Source: Alphaproteobacteria bacterium
GTDB taxonomy: Bacteria > Pseudomonadota > Alphaproteobacteria > RF32 > CAG-239
Assembly: GCA_017621635.1 (NCBI GenBank)
Contig: JAGASU010000107.1
Coordinates: 239 to 64,238 of the forward strand
Length of the DNA stretch: 64,000 bases
Direction of reading: 5' to 3'
The position numbers were made by a program, and so were the translations under genes. Within the stretch, counting starts at the first letter, position 1. Every line of letters begins with the position of its first letter. Of this stretch, positions 8,090-17,101 are shown piece by piece. Under the pieces are notes generated by a model. The model was not told the origin of the DNA, searched no databases, and was given only the letters and a program-made list of their open reading frames with translations.

Positions 8090-8749
8090 CTAAATTTCCC
8101 TTTTAATAGCAAAAATCAACAAAGAATCGATACAATCTTCGGCTAAATCGGCAATATCGGCAACTTCTTCAACAAAGGTGTTTATTTGTATTTTACGGGC
8201 TAAATCAAGTTCCGAATCGAACACGTTTTTTCTTAATTTAGCCGAGGTTTTATCGCTTTGATGTTCAAGCAGATATACTTTTTTGGAATAATCGCGCAAC
8301 GTGACCAAATCCCTGAAAAAGGCGCGCGACGAAATTGCCATATTTTCCGCGCAATCGGAAACCTGACGAACAAGCGTTCTGAGCTGTTCATGGTAACATG
8401 GCGGAATATCAGGCTGTTCGATATAAAACTTGTGCGCCACTTCATCAAAAAGATTGATAACCCGATCAAGGTTTTCTACCAATTGCAGGATATTTCCGCG
8501 CATATCTGGAATAAGGTTCTGCTCATAAAGGCGGCTTTCTATTTCGCGGCGCAATTTATCCGAATCGTGTTCGATTTGTTTGATTTTTTTGCTGGTTTCA
8601 CGATAGTTTTCGCTACGAAGTTCTTTTAAGTAAATATCGACGGCTTCTTTAAAAACCATTGTCATTTCAATAATTTTATCATGCAGGCGGTCTATAATAT
8701 GCTCGAGTTCTCTGGTGCGGGCGAATAATGAAATTTTAACGTTAAACAT
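8090..8749 (-). CDS. DUF47/PhoU-like Pit accessory protein
   Basis: Helical protein about 220 aa long, immediately upstream of and co-oriented with the PiT gene (3-nt gap). This is the typical pairing. Confidence 0.7.
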   Translation of the reverse strand: MFNVKISLFARTRELEHIIDRLHDKIIEMTMVFKEAVDIYLKELRSENYRETSKKIKQIEHDSDKLRREIESRLYEQNLIPDMRGNILQLVENLDRVINLFDEVAHKFYIEQPDIPPCYHEQLRTLVRQVSDCAENMAISSRAFFRDLVTLRDYSKKVYLLEHQSDKTSAKLRKNVFDSELDLARKIQINTFVEEVADIADLAEDCIDSLLIFAIKREI

Positions 8750-8913
8750 TTATATTTATACCTCTTATCTCAAAAATATCTGAATTTTTTCTGTTTCTAT
8801 GATTTTAAAAATTACCCACTTTGTCAACATATTTTTTATTTTAAGCTTGCAATTATTTTTTTATACAGTAACTTTTAAGGGTTATATAACATTAATTTTA
8901 TAGGATGAGAATT

Positions 8914-9654
8914 ATGCACAAAGACAATATTATCACTGTATTGATTTCGGTTATCGCGAGTGTGGTCGTTTCGGTTGCGCTTGCTTCTGTCGTTGCCGGT
9001 AAAAGTTCTACTGCCGCAGGCGGTCAGAATATGAATCAGGCTATTGAAGATTATTTGATGAACAATCCGCTTAAGGTACGTGAAGCTTTGGTTTTGGCTG
9101 AACAGCAAGAACAAATTGAAGCTCAAAAACGTATTGCCGAAAGCTATAAAGCAAACATCAAAGAACTTAATAACGCTGAAAATTCTCCTTTCGTCGGCCC
9201 GAAAAATGCTAAAGTAACGATTGTTGAATTTTTTGACTTTAACTGCGGTTACTGCAAACGTTTAGCTCCGACAATGATGAAAGTTATCAAAGCTAATCCG
9301 GATGTTAAGTTTGTCTTTAAGCCGGTTACTTTCCTTGGTTCTTTACCGACCGCCAAAGCTGCCATGGCTGCTCATAAGCAAGGCAAGTTTATAGAAGTTT
9401 ATGAAGCTTTGCTCACTCATAACGGCCAAATTACTCCGGCTGTTATTGACGAAGTTATTAAATCTGCCGGCTTGGATGTTGCCAAGACAAAAGAGATCAT
9501 GGAAAGCAAAGAAATCAAAGATGCTTTGGATGATATCACAAACCTTTCTCAGAAAGTCAGCATCCGCGGCGTTCCGACTTTGATTATCAATGGCGAACCT
9601 TTACAAGCTATTGACCAAGGTCCGATTCAAAACGCTATCGACAATGCTAAATAG
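8914..9654 (+). CDS. DsbA-family thiol:disulfide oxidoreductase with N-terminal membrane anchor (paralog 1)
   Basis: CGYC active site in FFDFNCGYCKRL and a cis-Pro region GVPTLIING. ATG at 8914 has an AGGA 8 nt upstream; an alternative ATG lies at 8905. Confidence 0.85.
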   Translation: MHKDNIITVLISVIASVVVSVALASVVAGKSSTAAGGQNMNQAIEDYLMNNPLKVREALVLAEQQEQIEAQKRIAESYKANIKELNNAENSPFVGPKNAKVTIVEFFDFNCGYCKRLAPTMMKVIKANPDVKFVFKPVTFLGSLPTAKAAMAAHKQGKFIEVYEALLTHNGQITPAVIDEVIKSAGLDVAKTKEIMESKEIKDALDDITNLSQKVSIRGVPTLIINGEPLQAIDQGPIQNAIDNAK

Positions 9655-9672
9655 TTTGGTTTGATTTGTTTT

Positions 9673-9698
9673 GAGGAGCCTTTCGAGGCTCCTTTTTT
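9673..9698 (+). terminator. Intrinsic terminator
   Basis: GGAGCC-TTTCGA-GGCTCC followed by T6. Confidence 0.75.
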
Positions 9699-9783
9699 AT
9701 GCTTATTTTAAAAAGCTGTTGCAAAAATTATATAAGCGACTAAACTAATGGTGTTTTTGAAAAACTATGGGAGAATTGAATTG

Positions 9784-10656
9784 ATGAAGACATTACTTAA
9801 AATGTTAGGGATTATTGTTTTGGGTTCAATCGGGGCGGGTGCCGTGATTTATATGAATGATAATTGCCCGCAAAAACAAGCAAAAGAGCAGGCTAAACTC
9901 AACACGGCCATTGCGAAATATATAGAAAACCACCCTAAAGAAATTTTAGAAAAAATTGCCAAGAGCGAAAACTTTGGTGAAACAATTAAGAATTTCTCAG
10001 TATCCGATGATGAAGAGCTAAACCAAAAAATTCGGACAATAACGGATGAGGCTGTTAATAACAAAATTGAATTGATTGCACAAAAAGCCAATGAACTTAA
10101 AGAAAAAGAAAACGAAGCTAAAGTATCTGAAAACCAGATTTTTATTGACAATTGGGATAAAATTACCAAAAGTGAAGCAGCGCCTTTTGTCGGTCCCAAA
10201 GAGGCTCCGGTTGTCGTGGCCGAATTTTTTGACTTTGCCTGCGGACACTGCAAATCTCTGGCTCCGATTGTAGCGCAATTAATCAAGAATAATCCAGATG
10301 TCAAGTTTGTCTTTAACCCGCTTTATTTTATCAGCGAACACTCTAATTATGCGGCAACAGCAGCAATGGCAGCGGCTCAAAAAGGAAAATTTCTGGAAGT
10401 TTATGAAGGTATTATGACTTTACCGCAAATGAACGAAGAAACGATTAACCAGATTTTGGTTGATGAAGGGCTTGACGTCAATGAAATCAAAAAAATGATG
10501 AATGATAAAAAAATCCGCCGCGGTTCGCAGGATATTGACGCTTTATCACAAATTCTCGGTATTAACGGTGTCCCGATGATTTTGATTAACGGTGAAGCTT
10601 TTTACGGCAGAAATTTGCAAGATTTTCAAAATAAAATTAACAGTTTGAAAAACTAA
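9784..10656 (+). CDS. DsbA-family thiol:disulfide oxidoreductase with anchor and coiled-coil linker (paralog 2)
   Basis: CGHC in FFDFACGHCKSL and GVPMILING. The start at 9784 (MKTLLKML) was chosen over 9748 because of the GGGAGA upstream. Confidence 0.8.
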   Translation: MKTLLKMLGIIVLGSIGAGAVIYMNDNCPQKQAKEQAKLNTAIAKYIENHPKEILEKIAKSENFGETIKNFSVSDDEELNQKIRTITDEAVNNKIELIAQKANELKEKENEAKVSENQIFIDNWDKITKSEAAPFVGPKEAPVVVAEFFDFACGHCKSLAPIVAQLIKNNPDVKFVFNPLYFISEHSNYAATAAMAAAQKGKFLEVYEGIMTLPQMNEETINQILVDEGLDVNEIKKMMNDKKIRRGSQDIDALSQILGINGVPMILINGEAFYGRNLQDFQNKINSLKN

Positions 10657-10658
10657 CT

Positions 10659-10697
10659 AAAAAAAATCCCCAGCTTAAAAAGCCGGGGATTTTTTTA
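10659..10697. terminator. Bidirectional intrinsic terminator between convergent genes
   Basis: A8-TCCCCAG..CCGGGGA-T7. The stop codon of the minus-strand gene lies in the T-run. Confidence 0.75.
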
Positions 10698-11501
10698 CAC
10701 AATTTTCTGACTTGCTGTTTTTAAAATACCGTTTGGGGTGCATTTTAAATAAACGAGTGCATTGTCTTCATAAAAATAAATTCCCATATCGCCGATATCG
10801 TAGTAATTTAACTCCCGATAACGCAATGGCTCATCTTCTCCGGTATACAGACCGTAAAGCTTATAAATCCCCTCAGTTTTTACAAGCAGAAGCTCATCCG
10901 GTGCGCTTTTGCCGCTTAACGGGGTTGTTATGCCAAAGTTTTTATAAAAAAAGCTTTGCACTGTCAGATGTTCTCTTCTGCCGTCTGCCAAAATGCTTAA
11001 CTGTTTTTTGTCTGCGTTTTCTTCATTTACAAACAATGTTTTTCCTAAACGGTATCCCATTTTTACGGGAGGTTTGTCTTCTGCACAGAGATAATACCAA
11101 CTTTTAGTATAATTGTCTTTAAATATCAGAAAACCGATGTTTGTTCCCAGAGCCTGTGTAAAGGTTTCGTAGTCTGTTGCGACATACATTTCGTGATTAC
11201 GAGGATCTATCAGTTCATAGGTTATTTGAGATTTTGTTTTTTTGGAAAAAACATATATTTCGCCTTTATAAAGCTTTATAACTTCTGTCGGCCGACAAAA
11301 CGGCGCTAACAAGATAAACCCCAAAATTCCGATGACTGCAACAGCACTCCCCAAACACATTTTTGCCGTGACACATAACACGATGCAAACGGCAACAACC
11401 AGCAAAAAAGCAATTTTTCGAAAGCTTAGTACGCCCGAATAACCGGTTAGCAATGTCGGTTCCCCAAAACGGGACCAACACCATTCATAATTTGTTTTCA
11501 T
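10695..11501 (-). CDS. Membrane protein, paralog family member 1 (2 N-terminal TM helices + about 190-aa domain)
   Basis: Shares architecture and the W(Y/F)Y..(L)GK(R/T) motif (KSWYYLCAEDKPPVKMGYRLGKTLF) with the next two genes. Confidence 0.7.
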   Translation of the reverse strand: MKTNYEWCWSRFGEPTLLTGYSGVLSFRKIAFLLVVAVCIVLCVTAKMCLGSAVAVIGILGFILLAPFCRPTEVIKLYKGEIYVFSKKTKSQITYELIDPRNHEMYVATDYETFTQALGTNIGFLIFKDNYTKSWYYLCAEDKPPVKMGYRLGKTLFVNEENADKKQLSILADGRREHLTVQSFFYKNFGITTPLSGKSAPDELLLVKTEGIYKLYGLYTGEDEPLRYRELNYYDIGDMGIYFYEDNALVYLKCTPNGILKTASQKIV

Positions 11502-11542
11502 AATGTATATTTTTTAGTTAATAATAATTATTTAGCGATGAA

Positions 11543-11570
11543 AATATACAAGATTTTTAACTTTTGTCAA
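11543..11570 (-). promoter_or_regulatory. Sigma70-like promoter of paralog 1
   Basis: On the minus strand: TTGACA, 16 nt spacer, TATATT, about 40 nt upstream of the ATG. Confidence 0.55.
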
Positions 11571-11580
11571 GTTTTGTTTC

Positions 11581-11613
11581 AAAAAAAATCTCTGTGCTTA
11601 AAGCACAGAGATT
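11581..11613 (-). terminator. Intrinsic terminator of paralog 2 (stop codon in the hairpin loop)
   Basis: AATCTCTGTGC-TTAA-AGCACAGAGATT with a U8 run in minus sense. The TAA stop at 11598-11600 is in the loop. Confidence 0.7.
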
Positions 11614-12446
11614 TCTTCATCACCTATAGGAGACAAATCCATTCTTCGGGCAAGAACTTCATATTCCCCGTTTTGATTACAAATCAATGCAATACCTGTT
11701 TCTGCATTGCGGGCGGTCAAAACCTTGGCTTTAACAGGAAAACATTTAGCAGACTCCGCAGTGCTGCGATTTAATGCGATGCCGTAAACCTCAAATTTTC
11801 CATGATATTCCACCACGAAATAATCATCAATTTGTAAAGGAACATCTTCACCTGTTTGCAAATAGCAACTGTCTACCTGAAAATAGAGATTATCAGCCGG
11901 TATTTCCATCGCAAAGCCATCATTCAAGGCCAATAACAGTCCTTCTTTCGGGGAAAAGAGTGTTGGTTTAATCCTTTTACCCAATTTAATCAACTCATTA
12001 TCAGCATAACTGGTTAAATACCAATTTTTCTCACCATAAGGGCGGTACATTAAATTTTTTTGTGTTTCCAAAAACTTTGCCGCATAATTTGCAACTTTGC
12101 AGAAAGTTGTTCCTTTGCTTCTTGGCAATTCTTCTGGTCCTACCGGTTCCTGCTCGATCATCTCCAGAAGAAAATATCCCCCTCTTTCCAAAACATATAC
12201 TTTGTAAGAGGTGAAATTTCTTCGAATATAAAAGCAGTCTTTGGCACAACAAAGCTCTATGAGATCCAGATAAACTATAATCAGAATCGGAATACTGAAA
12301 AGAGTAGAGAATATTATATTCCCTTCACACGCATAGAGTACTATCACCACCAGACCAATCAGAGCAATCAACGAAGCATCTAAAATTTTTCTGTACGCAG
12401 AGAGGCGACCTAATTCCTGCCATCGCCATAAAGTTTTTTTCTTCAT
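11598..12446 (-). CDS. Membrane protein, paralog family member 2
   Basis: Two TM helices, then KNWYLTSYADNELIKLGKRIKPTLF. Confidence 0.7.
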   Translation of the reverse strand: MKKKTLWRWQELGRLSAYRKILDASLIALIGLVVIVLYACEGNIIFSTLFSIPILIIVYLDLIELCCAKDCFYIRRNFTSYKVYVLERGGYFLLEMIEQEPVGPEELPRSKGTTFCKVANYAAKFLETQKNLMYRPYGEKNWYLTSYADNELIKLGKRIKPTLFSPKEGLLLALNDGFAMEIPADNLYFQVDSCYLQTGEDVPLQIDDYFVVEYHGKFEVYGIALNRSTAESAKCFPVKAKVLTARNAETGIALICNQNGEYEVLARRMDLSPIGDEEISVL

Positions 12447-12490
12447 AATTTATATTTTTTTAATTAACAAAATAATTTTTTAGTATGGGT

Positions 12491-12518
12491 AGTATATGCG
12501 AAACATTTTTTTTGTCAA
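12491..12518 (-). promoter_or_regulatory. Sigma70-like promoter of paralog 2
   Basis: On the minus strand: TTGACA, 16 nt spacer, TATACT. Confidence 0.5.
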
Positions 12519-12529
12519 GTTTTTTATAT

Positions 12530-12566
12530 AAAAAATCCCCCTGCCCGAAAAACGGGCGGAGGATTT
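12530..12566 (-). terminator. Intrinsic terminator of paralog 3
   Basis: GC-rich hairpin (CCCGAAAAACGGG core extended by ATCC../..GGAT) with a U-run in minus sense. Confidence 0.6.
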
Positions 12567-12570
12567 TTAA

Positions 12571-13425
12571 TTAACCAATGGTTGGGGCTTTTAAGCTTAT
12601 ACGCACCTGCAGCTCTTGTTCTGCCGTTTCACTTGCTAAAACAAGCACTTTGCTGTTTTCCTTTAGAACCACCACTGAGGGTGATACGACGGCAAACATA
12701 GGCAAAGCGCAATTCTCGCTATTTTCCATAGCGGAATACAAAGTATATGTCTCTTCATTTTTTAAGAGCACATATGTATCGCTCCAGTGCAATACATCCG
12801 GCAATTTTGCATTTGACTTTACCACAACTTCCTTGAGGCCTGTTATGTGACGTTTACTGCTTATGACATATAAACCGTCTTTTAAGGTAAAGTATTGGTC
12901 ACATTCAAAACTTTGAAAACCGTTAACATATTGTAAAAAGCTGACTTTTTGTTTTCCGGTTATTGAATCTTTGAATGCGTAGACTGTATCGCCTATCCGT
13001 TTGCCAAGCCGCTGAGGCTCTTTATGAAATTCGCTAAAATAAAACCATTCTTCATCTTTTTGATAAAGAAAATACACATTTTCTTGTTTAATGTAGCGAT
13101 CGGCTTTGATTGACCAGTTTTTTTCACCTAGTACTTCTATGAAAAATTTGTTTTTTTGTTCATAGACAAAAACTTTCGCAAAAGCTTCGTTTTCAAGTTC
13201 TATTTCAAACGCGTCATATGGCATTATGACTTGTCGGAGTATGAATATCACCACCAACAAAACAGGCACAACCCATAGAAAACCAAAGAGTTCCGGCATA
13301 CTCGTCATCACCCAAGTACAACAGCCCAGCACCCCAAACAAAAACAGATTTTCGAACTTTAATACGGCTTTCCAAGCCGACAAGTTAAGTAAACGACTTG
13401 GTCGCATTTTTTTAAAAGTCTTCAT
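12571..13425 (-). CDS. Membrane protein, paralog family member 3
   Basis: Two TM helices, then EEWFYFSEFHKEPQRLGKRIGDTVY. Confidence 0.7.
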   Translation of the reverse strand: MKTFKKMRPSRLLNLSAWKAVLKFENLFLFGVLGCCTWVMTSMPELFGFLWVVPVLLVVIFILRQVIMPYDAFEIELENEAFAKVFVYEQKNKFFIEVLGEKNWSIKADRYIKQENVYFLYQKDEEWFYFSEFHKEPQRLGKRIGDTVYAFKDSITGKQKVSFLQYVNGFQSFECDQYFTLKDGLYVISSKRHITGLKEVVVKSNAKLPDVLHWSDTYVLLKNEETYTLYSAMENSENCALPMFAVVSPSVVVLKENSKVLVLASETAEQELQVRISLKAPTIG

Positions 13426-13495
13426 AAAACAATAATTTAAATTAATAATAACGTTATCGAGGGTATTTTGACATGATTTTATTTTTTGTCAAGCC

Positions 13496-15334
13496 TTATT
13501 TTATATTTTCGCTTAAACTCAGCCATTTTTCTTCGGTTTCAAGGATTTTTTGCTCTATTTCGTGAAGATTTTTGTTTAATGAGGCGATATCTTTGCCGGA
13601 AGCGGTGGCAAATTTGGACAAAATTTCAACTTTATCTTCTTCCAATTTAGACAAATCACGCTCGATTTCGCGCAGTTTTGCCCTAATTATGCGGTCATCT
13701 TTATTGCTTTTTGGGGGTGTTTGGCGCTCATTTGGCGCTGCTTTGGGGTGCGTTTGGCGCTCATTTGGCGCGCTTTTGGAGAGCAAAAAGCGACGATATT
13801 CTTCCAAGTCTCCGTCAAAGGCGGTTAAGGTATGATTATGCACCAGCCACAAAGTGTCGGCAACCTGACTTAGGAGGTTAAAATCGTGAGAAATTAAAAT
13901 CACGGCACCGGCGTAAGCGTTGATGGCGTCGGCAAGTGCGGTGCGGCCGGTCATATCCAGATGATTGGTCGGCTCGTCAAAAATTAACAATTCGGGCGCG
14001 TTTAAGTTTATTTTGGCAAATAACAGACGTGTTTTTTCTCCGCCGGAAAGCGCAGAGATTTTGGTTATGGCTTTTTCCTGCTCTAAACCGAAGTTGCCTA
14101 AATAGGCTCGAATGATTTTTTCGGGCAGGTCTGGCGTTAAAGATTGCATATATTCGGTCGGGGTTAGTTCCTCGGGCAGCTCCTCGGCTTGATTTTGGTT
14201 AAAATAGCCGATTTTGAGTTTGCCGGACTTTTTCATTGTTCCCTCTAAGAGGGGAAGACGGTCGGAAAGCATTTTCACCAGAGTTGATTTACCGTTGCCG
14301 TTTTTGCCCAAAAGCGCGATACGGTCATCTTGGTTGATACAAAAATTGAGTTTTTTTAACACCGGCACCCCGTTATAACCGGTTGAGACATTTTCCACCG
14401 TGATTAACGGCGAGGGCAACGGTTTGAGGTCTGAGAAGATGAAGCGGCTGGCTTTATCTCGGGCGATTTCGGGAATATCCTGCATTTTTTCAAGCATTTT
14501 TATCCGGCTTTGCGCTTGGCGGGCTTTTGAGGCTTTATAGCGAAACCGGTCAACATAAGACTGCAGATGAGCGCGGCGGTCATCCTGCTTTTTTTGCGCT
14601 TTTTCCGCAAGCTCTATTTTTTGCGCATATTGACGGGCAAAACTATCATAATTGCCGCGATAAAGCGCCAGCTTTTGCCCCTCGAAATGGAGAATACTTT
14701 GGCAGATTTCATTTAGAAAATCCCTATCGTGACTAATCAGCAGGATTGTGCCGCGATATTTTTTGAGATAATTTTCCAACCAGACCACCGCTTCTATGTC
14801 CAAGTGGTTGGTCGGCTCGTCTAAAAACAGAATATCCGAATATTGAAACAGGGCGCCTGCCAGATTTAAGCGCATTTGCCACCCGCCGGAAAAATCTTTG
14901 ACAGGCTTTATCAAATCCTCTTGATTAAAACCTAAGCCTTTTAAGATTTCTGCCGTTCTCGCCTCTGCCGAATCGGCCTCGATGAGGCGCAGCTGTTCAA
15001 ATATTTCGGGTAGTTCCTCGGGAGCGGCGGTTTGGGCTTTTTCTCTTAGAGCTTTAAGGCGCTTATCTTTATCCAACACATAATTTAAGATAGATTTATG
15101 CAAGTCCTCTGCTTTGATTTCCTGCTCAACAAAGGCTTTGAAGTGCTTTTGCGGAATAAAAACCTGACCTTGGCTGACCTCGTGTTTTTCCGCCAAGACC
15201 TTAAACAGAGTGGTTTTGCCACAGCCGTTATGGCCGACGATACCTAATTTTTCACCGTCGGGGATTTGTGCGGAGGCGTTTTCCAGAAGAATTTTATTTG
15301 CTATTTGCACGGTGATGTTATCAAGATTTATCAT
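13496..15334 (-). CDS. ABC-F family ATPase (two ABC domains, no TM domain)
   Basis: Walker A GHNGCGKTT and GKNGNGKST, signatures FSGGWQMRL and LSGGEKTRL, and a coiled-coil C-terminus. Confidence 0.9.
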   Translation of the reverse strand: MINLDNITVQIANKILLENASAQIPDGEKLGIVGHNGCGKTTLFKVLAEKHEVSQGQVFIPQKHFKAFVEQEIKAEDLHKSILNYVLDKDKRLKALREKAQTAAPEELPEIFEQLRLIEADSAEARTAEILKGLGFNQEDLIKPVKDFSGGWQMRLNLAGALFQYSDILFLDEPTNHLDIEAVVWLENYLKKYRGTILLISHDRDFLNEICQSILHFEGQKLALYRGNYDSFARQYAQKIELAEKAQKKQDDRRAHLQSYVDRFRYKASKARQAQSRIKMLEKMQDIPEIARDKASRFIFSDLKPLPSPLITVENVSTGYNGVPVLKKLNFCINQDDRIALLGKNGNGKSTLVKMLSDRLPLLEGTMKKSGKLKIGYFNQNQAEELPEELTPTEYMQSLTPDLPEKIIRAYLGNFGLEQEKAITKISALSGGEKTRLLFAKINLNAPELLIFDEPTNHLDMTGRTALADAINAYAGAVILISHDFNLLSQVADTLWLVHNHTLTAFDGDLEEYRRFLLSKSAPNERQTHPKAAPNERQTPPKSNKDDRIIRAKLREIERDLSKLEEDKVEILSKFATASGKDIASLNKNLHEIEQKILETEEKWLSLSENIK

Positions 15335-15343
15335 TTTTGTTCC

Positions 15344-16366
15344 TTAATTATAGCGAGGGCGGCGGTTTTTATATAATGTGTCCAGCTCATAAAAACCAAG
15401 CGGTGCGGTGATATTTTGATTTAAGACCTCAGAGGCGGCTTCGGGCGAAAAATAATACTCAGAAAAACCGGCGGGGAGATTTTCCACAACAGGCAGAGGA
15501 ACATCGGCAAGCGGGCTTTCTTGCATCCGCTTTTTTAAGCGGGGCAGAAAACGGCGCATGGTTGTATCGTCTTTGATGTCATTTTCGTTATGGAAAAAAT
15601 AATAAGAAAAATCTATCGGCGTTCCCTCGGGGTGTCCCCTGCCCTTTTTATAGAGAAATTCGGCAAAAGACTTGATGATATAATGATTTATCCGCGCTTT
15701 ATCAGCGGAAATGTGCATATCAAGCATAAAGTTCACCGGCTTGTGATATTCATTAACCGAGGCGCCGTTGACACGGACATAGTGATTTGAACCGAACGCT
15801 TTAAAATCTATCACCGACTTGGGGCGAACAATTGACTTAACGGTGTGGTTTAAGAAACGGCCGTGGGAGGTAAAAAACTCGGTCATCAGCCCCATCTTTC
15901 TTGTGAAAGCGCCTGAATCACCATAGTTTAACCAATGCAGGCTAACCTCAGCGGCGTCATCAAACTCTTTTAAGAAGGCGGTCATTGTGTGTTTTTTTAA
16001 CGGTACCATATATTCGTCAATATCAATAAAAGCAAGCCAAGTTGTTTTGTCTTTATATTCAGACACGACTTTTTCATAACAGGTTAACTGCTTGTTTTTC
16101 CCGCTCATTTTGATATACGTTATCAAACCGCTGTTGATATAGGGGGTGAGATATTCTTTAACGTTATCCGTGCTGTCATTATCACAAAGATAAAAATGCT
16201 CAACGCCGACCAAGCGGTGATATTCGAGCCATTCTTTTAAGTAAGGCTTTTCGTTTTTCATAATTGCCGCGACGCTTAAAAAATATGCGGGGCGTTGAAA
16301 ATGCCTGATTAAAAAGAAGGCGCTCAGCATGATCAAGATTATGGCGGGGATAGCGTATTTTCTCAT
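15344..16366 (-). CDS. Glycosyltransferase, GT92/DUF23-like, N-terminal TM anchor
   Basis: IMKNEKPYLKEWLEYHRLVGVEHFYLCDNDSTDN and a DxD-like FIDIDEY. Confidence 0.65.
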   Translation of the reverse strand: MRKYAIPAIILIMLSAFFLIRHFQRPAYFLSVAAIMKNEKPYLKEWLEYHRLVGVEHFYLCDNDSTDNVKEYLTPYINSGLITYIKMSGKNKQLTCYEKVVSEYKDKTTWLAFIDIDEYMVPLKKHTMTAFLKEFDDAAEVSLHWLNYGDSGAFTRKMGLMTEFFTSHGRFLNHTVKSIVRPKSVIDFKAFGSNHYVRVNGASVNEYHKPVNFMLDMHISADKARINHYIIKSFAEFLYKKGRGHPEGTPIDFSYYFFHNENDIKDDTTMRRFLPRLKKRMQESPLADVPLPVVENLPAGFSEYYFSPEAASEVLNQNITAPLGFYELDTLYKNRRPRYN

Positions 16367-16369
16367 TTT

Positions 16370-16816
16370 TTAAGCAAAATTTTCCATAATATTATGCTTG
16401 TTTTTGGGGTCTTTGACAAGCATGGTGGTTACGGGAGCCGATGAATATTTTTGAAATAACAGGCCGTGTCCCAAGCATAAGCCAAAATCAATATTAAAAT
16501 CAGTTTGGCAATTGTTTAAGTACTCGGCTTGAGATTTCGGGTCACACGAAAGACCTTTCATTTCTGATGACAATTCGGAAGCTTCCAGTTTTGATTCCTT
16601 ACAATTAACGCTTAAAACCTCTATTCCCTCGCTTTCGAGCAAGGTTTTGAGCTTGAGGGCGGCGGCGTCAACCGAGAAGCAATTAGCCAGCCCTATTTTT
16701 TTATAACCGCTCAGCTTAATAAAGTTAATCAGCTCTTGTAAGCGAGAAGCGCTGCGGGTTTGGTTTGTTTTTAACATAAATTCAACGTCTTCTTTGCTAT
16801 AATGTCCTTTTTCCAT
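16370..16816 (-). CDS. DUF1847-like metal-binding protein
   Basis: Size and Cys pattern (..GLANCFS.., ..VNCKES.., ..FGLCLGHG..) match my recollection of DUF1847. Confidence 0.5.
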   Translation of the reverse strand: MEKGHYSKEDVEFMLKTNQTRSASRLQELINFIKLSGYKKIGLANCFSVDAAALKLKTLLESEGIEVLSVNCKESKLEASELSSEMKGLSCDPKSQAEYLNNCQTDFNIDFGLCLGHGLLFQKYSSAPVTTMLVKDPKNKHNIMENFA

Positions 16817-16836
16817 GGTCGTCCTTTAAAAAAATA

Positions 16837-16988
16837 GGCTCGATTAAACAATTTTGTTGAAATAAAATTTAATTTATAATTTGTGTGCTTCGCACGAGTC
16901 GTGGATTACCACGCGTATGAGCCTTACGGCAACGCTCGTAATGACTCGGGGTGAGCTGTGTCTTTCAACAAAATTGTTTAACTTAGCT
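16837..16988. mobile_element. MITE-like element, about 150 bp, 19-bp terminal inverted repeats, carrying two REP-like hairpin modules (copy A)
   Basis: ATTAAACAATTTTGTTGAAA (16843-16862) and TTTCAACAAAATTGTTTAA (16963-16981). Same architecture as 43627..43777 and 55681..55836. Confidence 0.8.
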
Positions 16989-17101
16989 AAAAAATATTAA
17001 CAGTTCGTCAGTTATAGTATAACAACTTTAAAATAATACAAGACTTTTGAACGGTGTTATTCTATGATTATAGTGGATTTATCAGATGAGATAGGGAAAA
17101 A

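Noticed and set aside
8750-8913. Intergenic region between the PhoU-like gene and dsbA, checked for a riboswitch or Pho-box
   Set aside because: Only AT-rich promoter-like sequence was found, with no convincing repeats or structured element.
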